Positions 20,642 through 31,557 of a DNA stretch of 62,558 nt are shown piece by piece. The notes below the pieces were generated by a model that saw only the letters and a list, made by a program, of their open reading frames with translations, ran no database searches and was not told where the DNA came from. The translations under genes and the position numbers were made by a program. Position 1 is the stretch's first letter. Every line of letters starts with the position of its first letter. The stretch comes from an uncultured Methanomicrobiales archaeon (GTDB lineage Archaea > Halobacteriota > Methanomicrobia > Methanomicrobiales > Methanospirillaceae), in NCBI GenBank assembly GCA_963758915.1, contig CAVWXH010000001.1:1-62558 (forward strand), in the 5' to 3' direction.

Positions 20642-21598
20642 ATGGTCCTTACTGATACTGCAGACAAGATAAAGAGCATGGAGATCAGGGGTGCCGGGCG
20701 GATTGCCCGGGCTGCCGCACTCGCTCTCGCAGAACATGCCGAATCACTTAATACCACCGATATAACTTTATTTTCCAGTGAGATGAGGCGGGCAGCTGAC
20801 CTTATGGCAGGGACAAGGCCAACCGCGGTCTCGCTCCCGAATGCGGTAAATATTGTAATGGCATCAATAGCCCATGTTACCGCCGTGCCTGAAGCAAAAA
20901 TGGCGATTGGTTCGAAAGCCCGTGAATTTGTCCAGTCCTCGAACCAGGCGGTCGAACGCATCGGAAAAATCGGGGCCCGCCATATCAGGGACGGGGATGT
21001 AATCCTCACCCATTGTAATTCCGAGGCCGCACTTGCCTGTCTTATCGAGGCAAAAAGGAGCGGTAAGGATTTTTCCGTTTTTGCCACGGAAGTCAGGCCA
21101 AGGAACCAGGGGCTCCTCACTATCCGCGTGCTCAATGAAGCAGGGATCAAAACAAGTTTTATTGTCGATTCTGCGGTCCGATCGTTCATCAACGATATCG
21201 ACCTGGTAATAACCGGTGCTGATGCGGTCACCGTGAATGGTGCGGTAGTCAACAAGATCGGGACCTCCCAGATTGCGCTTGCCGCCCAGGAAGCCCGGAC
21301 GAACTTCGTTGTCGCCGCAGAGACCTACAAATTCGCGCCAAGGACAATCCTTGGGGAGCTGATCGAGATCGAAGAGCGTCCGGCAGGTGAAGTGCTCTCT
21401 GATGATATTGCGAAAAACCTCCCGCATGTGACCGTGCGGAACCCCGTGTTCGACGTGACCCCGGCGGAGTATATTGACCTGATCATCACTGAATCTGGGG
21501 CCATTCCACCCCAGATGGCCTACATTATTATCCGGGATTATCTCGGGTGGGAGATATCTGAATTTGGGAAGGAATTTGATATCGACCACCATGATTAG
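20642..21598 (+). CDS. Ribose-1,5-bisphosphate isomerase (eIF-2B family)
   Basis: MEIRGAGRIA, TRPTAVSLPN, LTHCNS, EVRPRNQG, NKIGT, NPVFDVTP; adjacent to RuBisCO. Confidence 0.93.
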   Translation: MVLTDTADKIKSMEIRGAGRIARAAALALAEHAESLNTTDITLFSSEMRRAADLMAGTRPTAVSLPNAVNIVMASIAHVTAVPEAKMAIGSKAREFVQSSNQAVERIGKIGARHIRDGDVILTHCNSEAALACLIEAKRSGKDFSVFATEVRPRNQGLLTIRVLNEAGIKTSFIVDSAVRSFINDIDLVITGADAVTVNGAVVNKIGTSQIALAAQEARTNFVVAAETYKFAPRTILGELIEIEERPAGEVLSDDIAKNLPHVTVRNPVFDVTPAEYIDLIITESGAIPPQMAYIIIRDYLGWEISEFGKEFDIDHHD

Positions 21599-21610
21599 GA
21601 GAAAATTACC

Positions 21611-22810
21611 ATGTCAGATGTCATTGGATCATATTATTTCAGGCCCAGGGGAGACACCACCCCCGAAGGGGCAGCTCAGGCCCTTGCCGACGAAGAGACC
21701 ACCGGTACCTGGACCGGTATTACCACACGGATGGAATATATCAAGCACCTTGACGGGGCCGTGATTGATGTAATACCTTCAGGCAAGGGGTATATCACCC
21801 GGATCAGTTACCCTGCGGATGTCTTTGAGCCCGGGAACGTCCCACAGTACCTATCGGTCGTTGCAGGGAACCTTTTCGGCCTTTCGAGGCTGGAAGTAGT
21901 CAGGCTCCTTGATTTCTCACTCCCTGACTGCCTTGTCCCGTTCAGGGGACCTAAATACGGGATCCCGGGTGTACGCCGGATGATAGGAACAACGAAGAGG
22001 CCGCATGTAGGAACTATCATAAAGCCAAAAGTAGGGCTCACACCGGATGATACCGCCGCGGTTGCCTACCAGGCAGCAATAGGTGGTATTGACCTCATTA
22101 AAGACGATGAGACCCTTACCGACCAGAAATTCTGCCCGATAGAAGAAAGGCTGCCGAAAGTGATGGCGAAACTTGAGGAAGCCAGGGATGAGACCGGTCA
22201 CCAGGTGCTGTATGCAGTCAATATCACTACCCGGGGGGACCAGATTGTCGAACGTGCAGAACATGCCATTGAACTCGGGGCGAATATGATCATGATCGAT
22301 GTGATTACCGCCGGATTTGGCGCACTCCAGGCACTTGGGGAGGAACCCGGGATCAGGGTACCGATCCATGTCCACCGGACGATGCACGCGGCAATGACAA
22401 GAAACCCTGAACATGGCATCGCCATGAGGCCCCTGGCCCGGCTGGTGCGGATGCTTGGCGGGGACCAGCTCCATACCGGGACCGTGAGCGGGAAGATGGC
22501 CCACGCCGCTGAAGAAGTCACCGGAGACAACCGGGTACTGACCGAACAGGCATTCGGGATGCAACCCACATTCCCGGTTTCAAGCGGGGGCCTTCATCCT
22601 GGCAAGGTTGAAAAGGAGCTCGCCACGCTCGGCACTGACATAATTCTCCAGGCCGGAGGGGGCATCCACGGGCACCCTGCAGGGACTGCTGCAGGGGCCC
22701 GGGCCATGAGGCAGGCAGTAGATGCGTTCATGGCAGGTATTCCGGCCCGGGAATATGCAAAGGATCACTTTGAACTGGAACAGGCCCTCAAGTTATGGGG
22801 CACAAGCTGA
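21611..22810 (+). CDS. rbcL: RuBisCO large subunit, archaeal form III
   Basis: GTIIKPKVG, DLIKDDE, HVHRTMH, loop-6 Lys in HTGTVSGKM, SSGGLHPG, QAGGGIHGHP. Confidence 0.88.
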   Translation: MSDVIGSYYFRPRGDTTPEGAAQALADEETTGTWTGITTRMEYIKHLDGAVIDVIPSGKGYITRISYPADVFEPGNVPQYLSVVAGNLFGLSRLEVVRLLDFSLPDCLVPFRGPKYGIPGVRRMIGTTKRPHVGTIIKPKVGLTPDDTAAVAYQAAIGGIDLIKDDETLTDQKFCPIEERLPKVMAKLEEARDETGHQVLYAVNITTRGDQIVERAEHAIELGANMIMIDVITAGFGALQALGEEPGIRVPIHVHRTMHAAMTRNPEHGIAMRPLARLVRMLGGDQLHTGTVSGKMAHAAEEVTGDNRVLTEQAFGMQPTFPVSSGGLHPGKVEKELATLGTDIILQAGGGIHGHPAGTAAGARAMRQAVDAFMAGIPAREYAKDHFELEQALKLWGTS

Positions 22811-22829
22811 GTAACAGAGAGGTGCGGTT

Positions 22830-23651
22830 GTGGAGATCGAATTTACAAAACTACATGGCAATGGCAATGATTTCATCCTGATCGATGAGTATGAACGGGT
22901 GGTTATTCCCGACCCGATGAAAGGAGAATTTGCCGCTTCATTCTGTGACCGCCATTTCGGCATCGGGGCAGATGGTGTGCTTTACCTCTCTAAGGCAGCT
23001 GGTAAGGGAGACCTGAGGATGCGCCTGTTCCAGCCTGACCAGAGCGAGGCGGAGATGTGTGGAAATGGTGTCCGCTGCTTCGCAAAATATGCGTATAACC
23101 ATTCCATGATTGGTACGAAAGGGGTTATCGAAACAATGGCAGGCCTGATGCCTGTTGAAATGAATTTCTCTGACGAGGAATTCATGGTAAAAGTCCTCAT
23201 GCCTGAGCCGAAATTTGACCGGAAGGATATTCCGGCAACCGGTTCCGGTGATTATGAAGAGAAGATTGCAGAGTATGACGTATTTGCAGTGAATACAGGT
23301 GTACCTCACGCGGTCATTTTTGTTCCGTCGGTTGAGGCGGTTGATATTACTACGGTTTCGCCAGGTATACGGCACCACAAGACCTTCCCTGCCGGCGCAA
23401 ATGTCAATTTCGTTGAAAGGACCGGGGCCGGTGAGATACGAATCCGTACCTACGAGAGGGGTGTTGAAGATGAGACCCTGTCGTGTGGTACAGGAGCCAC
23501 CGCGTGCGCAGCCGTGGCGCATAATCTTGGGTATGCAGGAGAATCCATCCACGTAGAGACGGAAGGGGGTCCGTTGAATATCTACCTCGGGAAGGAGACA
23601 TTCATGGAAGGCCCCGCGAGCACCGTGTTTACCGGAACCATCATATTCTGA
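22830..23651 (+). CDS. dapF: Diaminopimelate epimerase
   Basis: FTKLHGNGNDF, GIGADG, EMCGNG, NTGVPH, YERGVEDETLSCGTG. Confidence 0.97.
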   Translation: MEIEFTKLHGNGNDFILIDEYERVVIPDPMKGEFAASFCDRHFGIGADGVLYLSKAAGKGDLRMRLFQPDQSEAEMCGNGVRCFAKYAYNHSMIGTKGVIETMAGLMPVEMNFSDEEFMVKVLMPEPKFDRKDIPATGSGDYEEKIAEYDVFAVNTGVPHAVIFVPSVEAVDITTVSPGIRHHKTFPAGANVNFVERTGAGEIRIRTYERGVEDETLSCGTGATACAAVAHNLGYAGESIHVETEGGPLNIYLGKETFMEGPASTVFTGTIIF

Positions 23652-23706
23652 TTTATTTCACTAACATTGACAGCCTGCATTGTTTTGGAAAAAAAGGAGC
23701 CATATA

Positions 23707-23862
23707 GACAGGAGGGGGCTTCACCCCTCCCTGCCCCACCCCCATAACGATATTCTGTGGACAGGGTCCATCCGAAGTTTCAGAGATGTAGGGAACAGTC
23801 TCTATCCAAATCGGGGCAGCCACAGCGGCGGGCCATGAGCCCCGGGAGCGTGAGTAAATTTT
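23707..23862 (+). repeat. Dispersed structured intergenic repeat, copy 1
   Basis: gacaggagggggcttcacccctccctgccccaccccc...ctctatcc...agcggcgggccatgagccccgggagcgtga. Confidence 0.9.
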
Positions 23863-24141
23863 AGGATACCCTTAAATCTATAAGATTGATTGTAGTGCCT
23901 GACAAAAAAACCATTTTATTGCTAAAATATGGTAATTACAAAGGGCAGGAAACAATGGGTCGTTCGTTCGCAGGGATACACACTGGTCTAATGCTTCAAT
24001 AGATCATGATTTATTTCGATGGAACCTGGCGGAATAAAGGAACCGGCAGGAGAGGTTCCACCCCATGGATACGGGTAATGTTAACAGTGTTATCAACAAT
24101 CAGACCTGAGCAATGCGGTCCTTTATTTGATATTCAGATTT

Positions 24142-24846
24142 TTACTCCTGATCCGGTTCAACATCCCTGGTGTTTCGTATCCCGGTACCGGTAATCTCAA
24201 AATCAAAGAAACCCCCTGCAGGGAGTGAGCGGTGTTTCATGAGGGTCGCACGGCGCACCTTCCCCTTTTCCCGGTTGAACATGATGATTGCTTTCGATAT
24301 GTGCTCGAGTGCCGTGCCGCCCAGTCCGGAATAGGTATTTTTTACCACGTCCATGTAGACCTGGTTGGTCACAACCACCGGTATCCGGTATCGTTTGGCA
24401 AACCCAAGGAGAAGCACGATCTGCCGCGTAAGTTTCTGCATGGCATCCCTCCCCTTCTCAAGGTTCGTCCGGTAGAGAGCCGTTGCAGAATCCACGATGA
24501 TCAGGCCGACATTCCGGGTCCTGAGCACGGTATCCATCCCGGCAATCATGACCCCCTGCTGGTCAAAATCTGTTGGTTCATAAATATAGAGGTGTTCGGC
24601 GAGTGTCGCTGCATGTGCGCCTGCTATCTGCCGGAACCGTTCGATGGAAAAACCTTCGGTATCGATGAAGACTACAGATTTACCCGATACAAGGCAGTTT
24701 ACGGCGGCGAGTATGCAGGCTGAACTTTTCCCGCTTGCCGGTTCCCCGAAGAACTGGGTGATGGTACCAGGTTCGAACCCCCCGTTCAGCAACTGGTCCA
24801 GGTCAGGGCTTCCGCTCGGTACTCTTCCCGGGTCCGTTGATATCAC
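24142..24846 (-). CDS. radB: DNA repair protein RadB
   Basis: LDQLLNGG, GEPASGKS, FIDTEGFSIERF, IIVDS, TNQVY and the RadB-typical KHRS motif; start uncertain (GTG 24846 or ACG 24837). Confidence 0.93.
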   Translation of the reverse strand: MISTDPGRVPSGSPDLDQLLNGGFEPGTITQFFGEPASGKSSACILAAVNCLVSGKSVVFIDTEGFSIERFRQIAGAHAATLAEHLYIYEPTDFDQQGVMIAGMDTVLRTRNVGLIIVDSATALYRTNLEKGRDAMQKLTRQIVLLLGFAKRYRIPVVVTNQVYMDVVKNTYSGLGGTALEHISKAIIMFNREKGKVRRATLMKHRSLPAGGFFDFEITGTGIRNTRDVEPDQE

Positions 24847-26032
24847 CTGCCACACGTCCAGGGAGCGTTTCCCATGCCCGTTGTTCGATTTTCCGGATGA
24901 GTTCCCTTGCGGGAATTCCCAGTTTTTCTGCATGGGTGCGGGCATCATCAAATTCGGCCTTAAGGGTGTAACACCTGTCCCCGATCCACCCGCATTTTAC
25001 CGGGACTTCTATGGTGGTCCCGCTGATGTCCAGCCTGACCGCCTCAATCGTTCGCCCCGCAATAAAACGGTGGACCGAGGGGGTACAGCGGACACCGAGG
25101 GTGCCAAGTTCTGAGGCCATCACTCCCGCAAGCCGGCCCGAGTCCTCCTCACGGCAGATAACCCTGACGAGGTAACCTCCCCGGCCTTTCTTCATTATAC
25201 AGGGAATTGCACTGGCATCCCTCGCCCCGGCGTTCATAAGCACGCAGATTGCGTTGGCGATGATCTCCCCGCTGACATCGTCAACATTCGTCTCGAGCAC
25301 ATCAACCCGGTCCAGGCTGAGTTCCCTGGTTTTTTCCAGCAGCACCACCCGGAGGACATTCGGAATACCGGGAGGGTCCCGGGTTCCTGCCCCGTAGCCG
25401 ATACCGGTAACATTCACCGGGCCAAGTCCATCCGGATTTATGGTTGCAAATTCTGCGAGGAGTGCTGCCCCGGTTGGTGTACACAGCTCACCGTCCGACG
25501 GGGTTCCATGCTCACACATGAGTCCTGATCCCTTCAGTATTGCGATGGTCGCTGGTGCCGGGACCGGCATCGTCCCGTGGGATCCGGTAATAATACCTCC
25601 ACCAACTGCGACAGGTGTTACCGCAACGCCATCCGGTTTAAGGGCATAAAGGGCGGTACAGGCACCAATCACATCCGCAATCGCATCATCAGCTCCTACC
25701 TCGTGAAAGTGGACCAGGGTCCCATGTACTGACTGCTCGGCTTCTGCTATCCTCCGGAACACCCTAATCGCCATCTCAATTGCGGGTTTTGGAGCCCGGG
25801 CACTCCTGACGAGTGCGAGGACCTCCTCAAGTGTCCGGGAACACGTTGTTGCATGGGTCTCTGCCCGGACAGCCTGTATTCCCGCCCGGTCCACGATGGA
25901 AAAAGACGGGTCTGCGACAACCGACCGCATCGCATCCGCCACGGTTTCCCTGTCAGCACCAAGAGAAAGCAGGGCACCGGTGACCATGTCCCCGGCGGCA
26001 CCATGGAACGGTTCAAAGAGAAGATATCGCAT
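24803..26032 (-). CDS. larC: Nickel pincer cofactor biosynthesis protein LarC
   Basis: GAAGDM, VHFHEVGADDAIAD, HGTMPVPAPAT, ELCTPTGAA, LETNVDD, MKKGR. Confidence 0.95.
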   Translation of the reverse strand: MRYLLFEPFHGAAGDMVTGALLSLGADRETVADAMRSVVADPSFSIVDRAGIQAVRAETHATTCSRTLEEVLALVRSARAPKPAIEMAIRVFRRIAEAEQSVHGTLVHFHEVGADDAIADVIGACTALYALKPDGVAVTPVAVGGGIITGSHGTMPVPAPATIAILKGSGLMCEHGTPSDGELCTPTGAALLAEFATINPDGLGPVNVTGIGYGAGTRDPPGIPNVLRVVLLEKTRELSLDRVDVLETNVDDVSGEIIANAICVLMNAGARDASAIPCIMKKGRGGYLVRVICREEDSGRLAGVMASELGTLGVRCTPSVHRFIAGRTIEAVRLDISGTTIEVPVKCGWIGDRCYTLKAEFDDARTHAEKLGIPARELIRKIEQRAWETLPGRVAGDINGPGKSTERKP

Positions 26033-26078
26033 GATTCTAACAGTACATATAAATTCCTGCATATATGATCTTTCTGGG

Positions 26079-28499
26079 ATGCCTGAAATTCACCTAAAAG
26101 TCGATAGTGCCTACCCTGGTGACCAGGGTGGCGGAAAGGCCCGGCTCGACCCGGAGACGATGCTGTTTTTAAAAATCTCTCCCGGCGACCTTGTGGCCAT
26201 TGAAGGAAAGCGAAGGACTGTGGTGAAGGTGTGGCGTGCATTGCTCGAAGACTGGAACCAGCATAAAGTCCGGATCGATAATTTTTCGCGGACGAATGCA
26301 GGGGTCGGTATCGGGGACACGATTAAGATCACCAGCCTGAAAGAAGAGATCGAGGCGAAAAGGGTCTTACTCGCCCCCCCTGAAGACCTCCCGAAGAATA
26401 TCCAGGTCTCAAATAACCCCCACGTCATCAACAGCCTGATTGATTTCCCTGTTGTTAAGAACGATCAAATCCCGATCATGGTGGGTCTGCCCTTTATCCA
26501 GCCCCAGATCGTTGCCTATAAAGTGGTCGATATTGAGCCTGAACAAGCTGTCATCATCACAAAAAATACCATCATCGAGTTTTCGGAGAAGCCGGCTGCA
26601 GGGTTCGAGGGGCTGAAACGGATCTCCTATGAGGATATTGGTGGTCTCAAGGATGAACTCCAGCGCCTGCGGGAGACCATTGAGCTCCCGATGCGTCATC
26701 CCGAACTATTCCAGAAACTCGGGATAGAACCCCCGAAGGGTGTATTATTGTTCGGGCCCCCCGGGACAGGCAAGACGTTGATTGCAAAGGCCGTTGCGAG
26801 CGAAAGCGGTGCCCATTTCATCTCAATCGCCGGACCGGAAGTGATCTCCAAGTATTACGGGGAGAGCGAACAGAGGCTCCGCGAGGTATTTGAAGAGGCC
26901 CGGGAAAATGCACCCTCGATAATCTTCATCGACGAACTGGACTCGATTACTCCAAGAAGGGAAGAAGTGACCGGGGAGGTTGAACGGAGGGTGGTCGCAC
27001 AGTTGTTAACGATGATGGACGGTCTCGAGGAGCGGGGCCAGGTGGTCGTCATCGGTGCGACGAACCGGATTGATGCGGTTGATCCCGCGTTAAGAAGGCC
27101 GGGAAGGTTTGACCGGGAGATCGAGATTGGTGTCCCGAGTGAACTTGACCGCATAGAGATTATGAAGATCCACACCCGTGGAATGCCGCTTGCCGAGGAC
27201 GTGAAACTAGAGGACCTGTCACAGCAGACCCACGGGTTTGTGGGTGCTGACCTTGCAGCACTCGCCCGGGAGGCCGCCATCCGGGCGCTGCGCCGTTACC
27301 TCCCAAGCATCGACCTGGATGAAAAGGAGATCCCATCGGAGATCCTCGATACGCTCCATGTGAAGGCGACAGATTTCAGGGGCGCACTTCGTGACGTGAG
27401 CCCAAGTGCGATGCGTGAGGTCATTATCGAAGTGACCCACATCAAGTGGCAGGATGTCGGAGGACTGGAATCGGCAAAAGAGGAGATCCGCGAGACCGTG
27501 GAATATCCTCTCACCGAGCGGCAGCGGTTTGATGACCTCGGGATCCAGCCACCAAAAGGGGTCCTGCTGTACGGGCCTCCCGGTACGGGAAAGACCCTTA
27601 TTGCCAAGGCAGTTGCCAACGAGAGTGGTGCGAATTTCATTGCCATCAGGGGACCACAACTGCTCTCAAAATACTGGGGGGAGAGCGAACGGGCAGTCCG
27701 TGATATCTTCAAGAAGGCACGGCAGGTAGCACCGGCCATTATATTTTTTGATGAGATGGACGCCATTGTCCCGCACCGCGGGGCTAACCAGAACTCCCAT
27801 CTCCTGGACAGTGTCCTGAACCAGATCCTCACGGAAATCGACGGGCTGCAGGAATTAAAAGATGTCATCATCATGGGTGCGACAAACCGCCCTGACATGA
27901 TAGACCCTGCACTGCTCAGGGCCGGGCGGTTTGACCGCCTGGTGTATATCGGTGAGCCCGGTCTTGAAGACAGGCAGAAAATAGTAAGGATCTACCTCCT
28001 ACAGATGCCGATCGATGGGTCTGCCCTCTATGAAGTGATTAACCTCACGGATGGTTTTGATGAAGCTGCACTTGAATCTCTTATTGAAAAAATGGGCGTG
28101 AATACAACGGTTACACTCGATGAAGCCAGAGTATTCACTGACTCAGTTGAGAAAAAAGAAGGGGCCTCGCTCGACAGGGGTACAAGAAGAAAAGTCCTGT
28201 GGGAAATGATGAAACAGAACGGGCTCTCATTTGAGGACCCGAAACTGCAGGAATTTATCAGGCAGCTTGCAATAATGACTGAGGGATATGTGGGATCAGA
28301 CCTCGAACTGTTATGCCGTGAAGCAGGGATGCTCGCACTCCGGGAAAGGAGTACCGTCGTCACCCTGAAGCACTTTGAATCGGCCAAGCAGAAGATACAC
28401 CCGACGATGAACCAGAATATCAGGGAATGGTACAAAAAGATCCAGGACTCCTTCAAAGGAGGCCTGCCAAAGGAAGTGCAGCCGCCGGAATACCAGTAA
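26079..28499 (+). CDS. cdc48: CDC48/VCP family AAA ATPase
   Basis: N domain plus two AAA modules (GPPGTGKT twice, [21 protein letters not shown] and [10 protein letters not shown]). Confidence 0.96.
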   Translation: MPEIHLKVDSAYPGDQGGGKARLDPETMLFLKISPGDLVAIEGKRRTVVKVWRALLEDWNQHKVRIDNFSRTNAGVGIGDTIKITSLKEEIEAKRVLLAPPEDLPKNIQVSNNPHVINSLIDFPVVKNDQIPIMVGLPFIQPQIVAYKVVDIEPEQAVIITKNTIIEFSEKPAAGFEGLKRISYEDIGGLKDELQRLRETIELPMRHPELFQKLGIEPPKGVLLFGPPGTGKTLIAKAVASESGAHFISIAGPEVISKYYGESEQRLREVFEEARENAPSIIFIDELDSITPRREEVTGEVERRVVAQLLTMMDGLEERGQVVVIGATNRIDAVDPALRRPGRFDREIEIGVPSELDRIEIMKIHTRGMPLAEDVKLEDLSQQTHGFVGADLAALAREAAIRALRRYLPSIDLDEKEIPSEILDTLHVKATDFRGALRDVSPSAMREVIIEVTHIKWQDVGGLESAKEEIRETVEYPLTERQRFDDLGIQPPKGVLLYGPPGTGKTLIAKAVANESGANFIAIRGPQLLSKYWGESERAVRDIFKKARQVAPAIIFFDEMDAIVPHRGANQNSHLLDSVLNQILTEIDGLQELKDVIIMGATNRPDMIDPALLRAGRFDRLVYIGEPGLEDRQKIVRIYLLQMPIDGSALYEVINLTDGFDEAALESLIEKMGVNTTVTLDEARVFTDSVEKKEGASLDRGTRRKVLWEMMKQNGLSFEDPKLQEFIRQLAIMTEGYVGSDLELLCREAGMLALRERSTVVTLKHFESAKQKIHPTMNQNIREWYKKIQDSFKGGLPKEVQPPEYQ

Positions 28500-28726
28500 T
28501 CCTTTTTTTCCCTTTTCAGACATGGATATTTTTTTGGTACATGGTAGTCATTTCCAAAGTATTATTGGGCATAATCAGGTAATTGTCCTCGTATTGGCAG
28601 TATGAGAAATTCCGCTCAAACATCTGAAAGAGCACCTTTTTCATAGTCATCTATGGACCAAAGGCTCATGGCAGGCTTGGTAATAATCCTGCGGATACTC
28701 AAAAAATAAGTTGATCTGACTGCTTC

Positions 28727-28880
28727 GACAGGAGGGGATTTCATCCCCTCCCTGCCACACCCCCCGGAAAGATATTCTGCGGTCCGGGACCATCCGAAGG
28801 TTCAGAGATGAAAAAGAACCGTCTCTATCCCAACCAGCCCCCAAAGCGGCAGGACTGATCTCCGGGAACGTGAGAATTGT
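28727..28880 (+). repeat. Dispersed structured intergenic repeat, copy 2
   Basis: gacaggaggggatttcatcccctccctgccacaccccc...ctctatcccaacc...aaagcggc...ccgggaacgtga. Confidence 0.88.
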
Positions 28881-29072
28881 ACGAAAAAATTCGTCGGTAA
28901 GATAGCAGGTCATCATTTTTACCAAGCGCTTTTCATTGTTTCCCGGCCCCCGGAATTAACGGCATTTACCAGAGACCCCGTTCGAACGAGGAGATGCCGA
29001 TACAAATTAAAAAATGAACACCTATATACCGCAGGGTCAAAATTGTTTTACCGGGGCGTAACGGTTCTCACC

Positions 29073-30603
29073 ATGTCAAATATCACCACCCTCCTCGATG
29101 CGAAAAGTGTTCCATCAGCGAAAGCTGCGCTAATCTGCCCATCGGGAAATGTTACGCTATCATACGGGTTCCTCAGGAGCGAAATGAACCGCATTGCAAT
29201 GGGTCTTTCCTCACTTGGGGTCAGAAAGGGCGATCGCGTGTGCATCTATCTCGATAGCTCCCCTGAGTACCTCATCAGCTATTTTGCGATCTGGCGGATT
29301 GGGGGCATTGCCGTGCCCACGAATATCGTGTACCGCGAGGAAGAGCTGCTCCATGCGATCGTTGATGCAGGGGCATGCGCAATTATTACCGATCCGAGGG
29401 GTGCCGGTATCATTGAGAATATCCGGGAACACCACCCTCTTGCATGCCACGTCATCAGTACCGGTAGCGGGGGCCAGGGCATGGTCGAATGGGCTTCTTT
29501 TCCTGAGGCTCCTGCACAGATGCGGGCGACCAACTGCAGCCTTGATGACCTGTGCCAGCTTCAGTATACGGCTGGAACAACCGGTCGGCCGAAGGGTGCA
29601 ATGCTCACGCACGGGAACTGGATAACCGCCCTCGATACGGAATGCGAGGCACTCCGGATCACTCCTGATGATGTATACCTTGGAATTTACCCGATGGGCC
29701 ATGTCGGGCTTTCGTGGGGGCTGGCCGTGCTCCGTGCCGGGGGCACGTACGTGATGATGGAGCGGTTCGACCTTGAGCAATACCTTGCCCTCGCCAGCCA
29801 TTACAAGGTGACGATACTTGCCGGTATGCCACCCGTCATACACTCACTTGTCCATAGTCCCCCCGGTACCGAACAACAGACTTGCCGATGTCCGGGTGAT
29901 CATTTCGGGTGGAGGACAGCTCCTGCCGGCAATATGGGAGATGTTCGATCAGCGGTTTCACATCCCTGTAGCGAACTCGTATGGGCTTTCAGAAACGATA
30001 GTGATCGGGTCAGGTACCACCACCTTACCCGGGTACCCGCACCTTACCCGCGGTTACCAGAGCGTGGGAGTCGCCGTGGGGTACACTGAAGTCATGGTCG
30101 TGGACCCGGATAACCCTGTTCTGGAACTTGACCCTGGTGAGACCGGGGAGATCGCTCTGCGTGGCCCTTCCGTTGCAAGGGGTTACTGGAATATGCCCGG
30201 GGCAACAGCGGAGGTCTTCCGGCCTGATGGCTGGTTCCTCACCGGAGATATCGGGCACCTTGACAATGAAGGTGTCCTCTTCATTACTGATCGGAAAAAA
30301 GACATGGTCATCATGTCGGGCTGGAAGATTTACCCTACCGAAGTTGAGAATGTTATTATCCAGCATCCCGGGGTAGCCGATGTCGCGGTCTTTGGTATCC
30401 CGGATGAAAGGAAAGGGGAACTGCCGGTAGCAGCAGTGGTTACCCGGACCGGGACCCCTGTTACTCCCGAAGAGCTCGACGAATTCTGCCGGCTGCACCT
30501 CGCCGGGTATAAAATTCCACGGAGGTTCATAATTACCGATAACCTTCCCCGGGTGAACGGATGGAAACTGCTCCGGCGTGCTCTGCGCGAGAAGTATGGA
30601 TAA
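29073..30603 (+). CDS. Acyl-CoA synthetase / AMP-binding enzyme, split by one frameshift near 29880
   Basis: YTAGTTGRPKG in the first ORF; SYGLSE, TGDIG, DRKKDM, PTEVE in the second ORF. Confidence 0.88.
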
Positions 30604-30671
30604 TCGCGCGGATTCAGAAAAAGGCTTATAATCCTATATAAACCAATAATCCATACGGGGGTTTTCCTTCT

Positions 30672-31256
30672 CTGTCCAGGGAAAATAAAAGAACTACTGG
30701 TATAAATGGTCTGGACCAGGCTCTGGAAGGTGGTTTTCCAACCGGGACAACGGTCCTTGCACTGGGTTCAGCGGTGTCCGGAAATGACCTCCTGGCCCGG
30801 CAGTTCTGGCAGTCTGAGGGTGAGGAGGGCACCTACATCATGCTTGACGCCGAGGTGCAGCCCGGGATGATCGACGGCAGGGGTTTTACTGCCGATGAAT
30901 TCATAACAAACCTGAACGGGCAGAAACTCGTGATTGATTCCCTCTCCTCGCTGATCCTTAAATACGGTATCGATGCCGGAGTACAATGCATCCTTTCGGC
31001 AAGGGATGTCGCTGTAACCAGGAAGGCGAATGTGGTTTTTACGTTCTACCCTGAGCTCCATCCACGGGTGGAAGAGATCCTCGTTATGAGGGCTGTAGAC
31101 GTTATCCTCGAATTAAAAGAAGTAATCTTCATGAACGAGATCGAACGCCAGCTCGCAGTACACAAAATTACCGGTATGGCGGTCCCGAGACGGCTGATAC
31201 CGTTCCTCATTAACGAAAAAGGGATCGAACTCTCAACGACTTCAAGAGTTGTGTAA
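30672..31256 (+). CDS. RAD55/KaiC-like ATPase-fold protein with degenerate Walker A
   Basis: In-frame upstream extension KRTTGINGLDQALEGGFPTGTTVL, then VIDSLSSL and ERQLAVHK...GIELST; no ATG/GTG/TTG ahead of the extension (CTG at 30672). Confidence 0.8.
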   Translation: MSRENKRTTGINGLDQALEGGFPTGTTVLALGSAVSGNDLLARQFWQSEGEEGTYIMLDAEVQPGMIDGRGFTADEFITNLNGQKLVIDSLSSLILKYGIDAGVQCILSARDVAVTRKANVVFTFYPELHPRVEEILVMRAVDVILELKEVIFMNEIERQLAVHKITGMAVPRRLIPFLINEKGIELSTTSRVV

Positions 31257-31319
31257 TTGAATAAAAAAGGACTTTTTTGAAACCCTTCGGTGTCATAACA
31301 AATAAGAGGGAAATTCGAA

Positions 31320-31518
31320 GACAGGAGGGGGTTTCACCCCCTCCCTGCCCCACCCCCATTAAGATATCATTCGGGTAGGGTTTCCCGAAGGCTCATTAAT
31401 TCAGAGTATTTTGGGATAGCCTCTATCCCAACCGGGGTCGCCAAAGCGGCGGGCCATGAGCCCCGGGAGCGTGACGAAATTTTGGAATTACCAATCTGCA
31501 AGATAGATTTGAGAGGAT
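31320..31518 (+). repeat. Dispersed structured intergenic repeat, copy 3
   Basis: gacaggagggggtttcaccccctccc...ttcgggtagggtttcccgaa...tgggatagcctctatccca...gccatgagccccgggagcgtga; tail shared with copy 5. Confidence 0.92.
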
Positions 31519-31557
31519 TTCTATTGAGTTAATCTCCAAGTAACCTTGCGTCACTTG

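Noticed and set aside
12951-28456. Long antisense ORFs such as 18561-19628, 16618-17385, 20614-21255 and 27296-27898
   Set aside because: They lie opposite well-supported genes and carry no recognisable motifs
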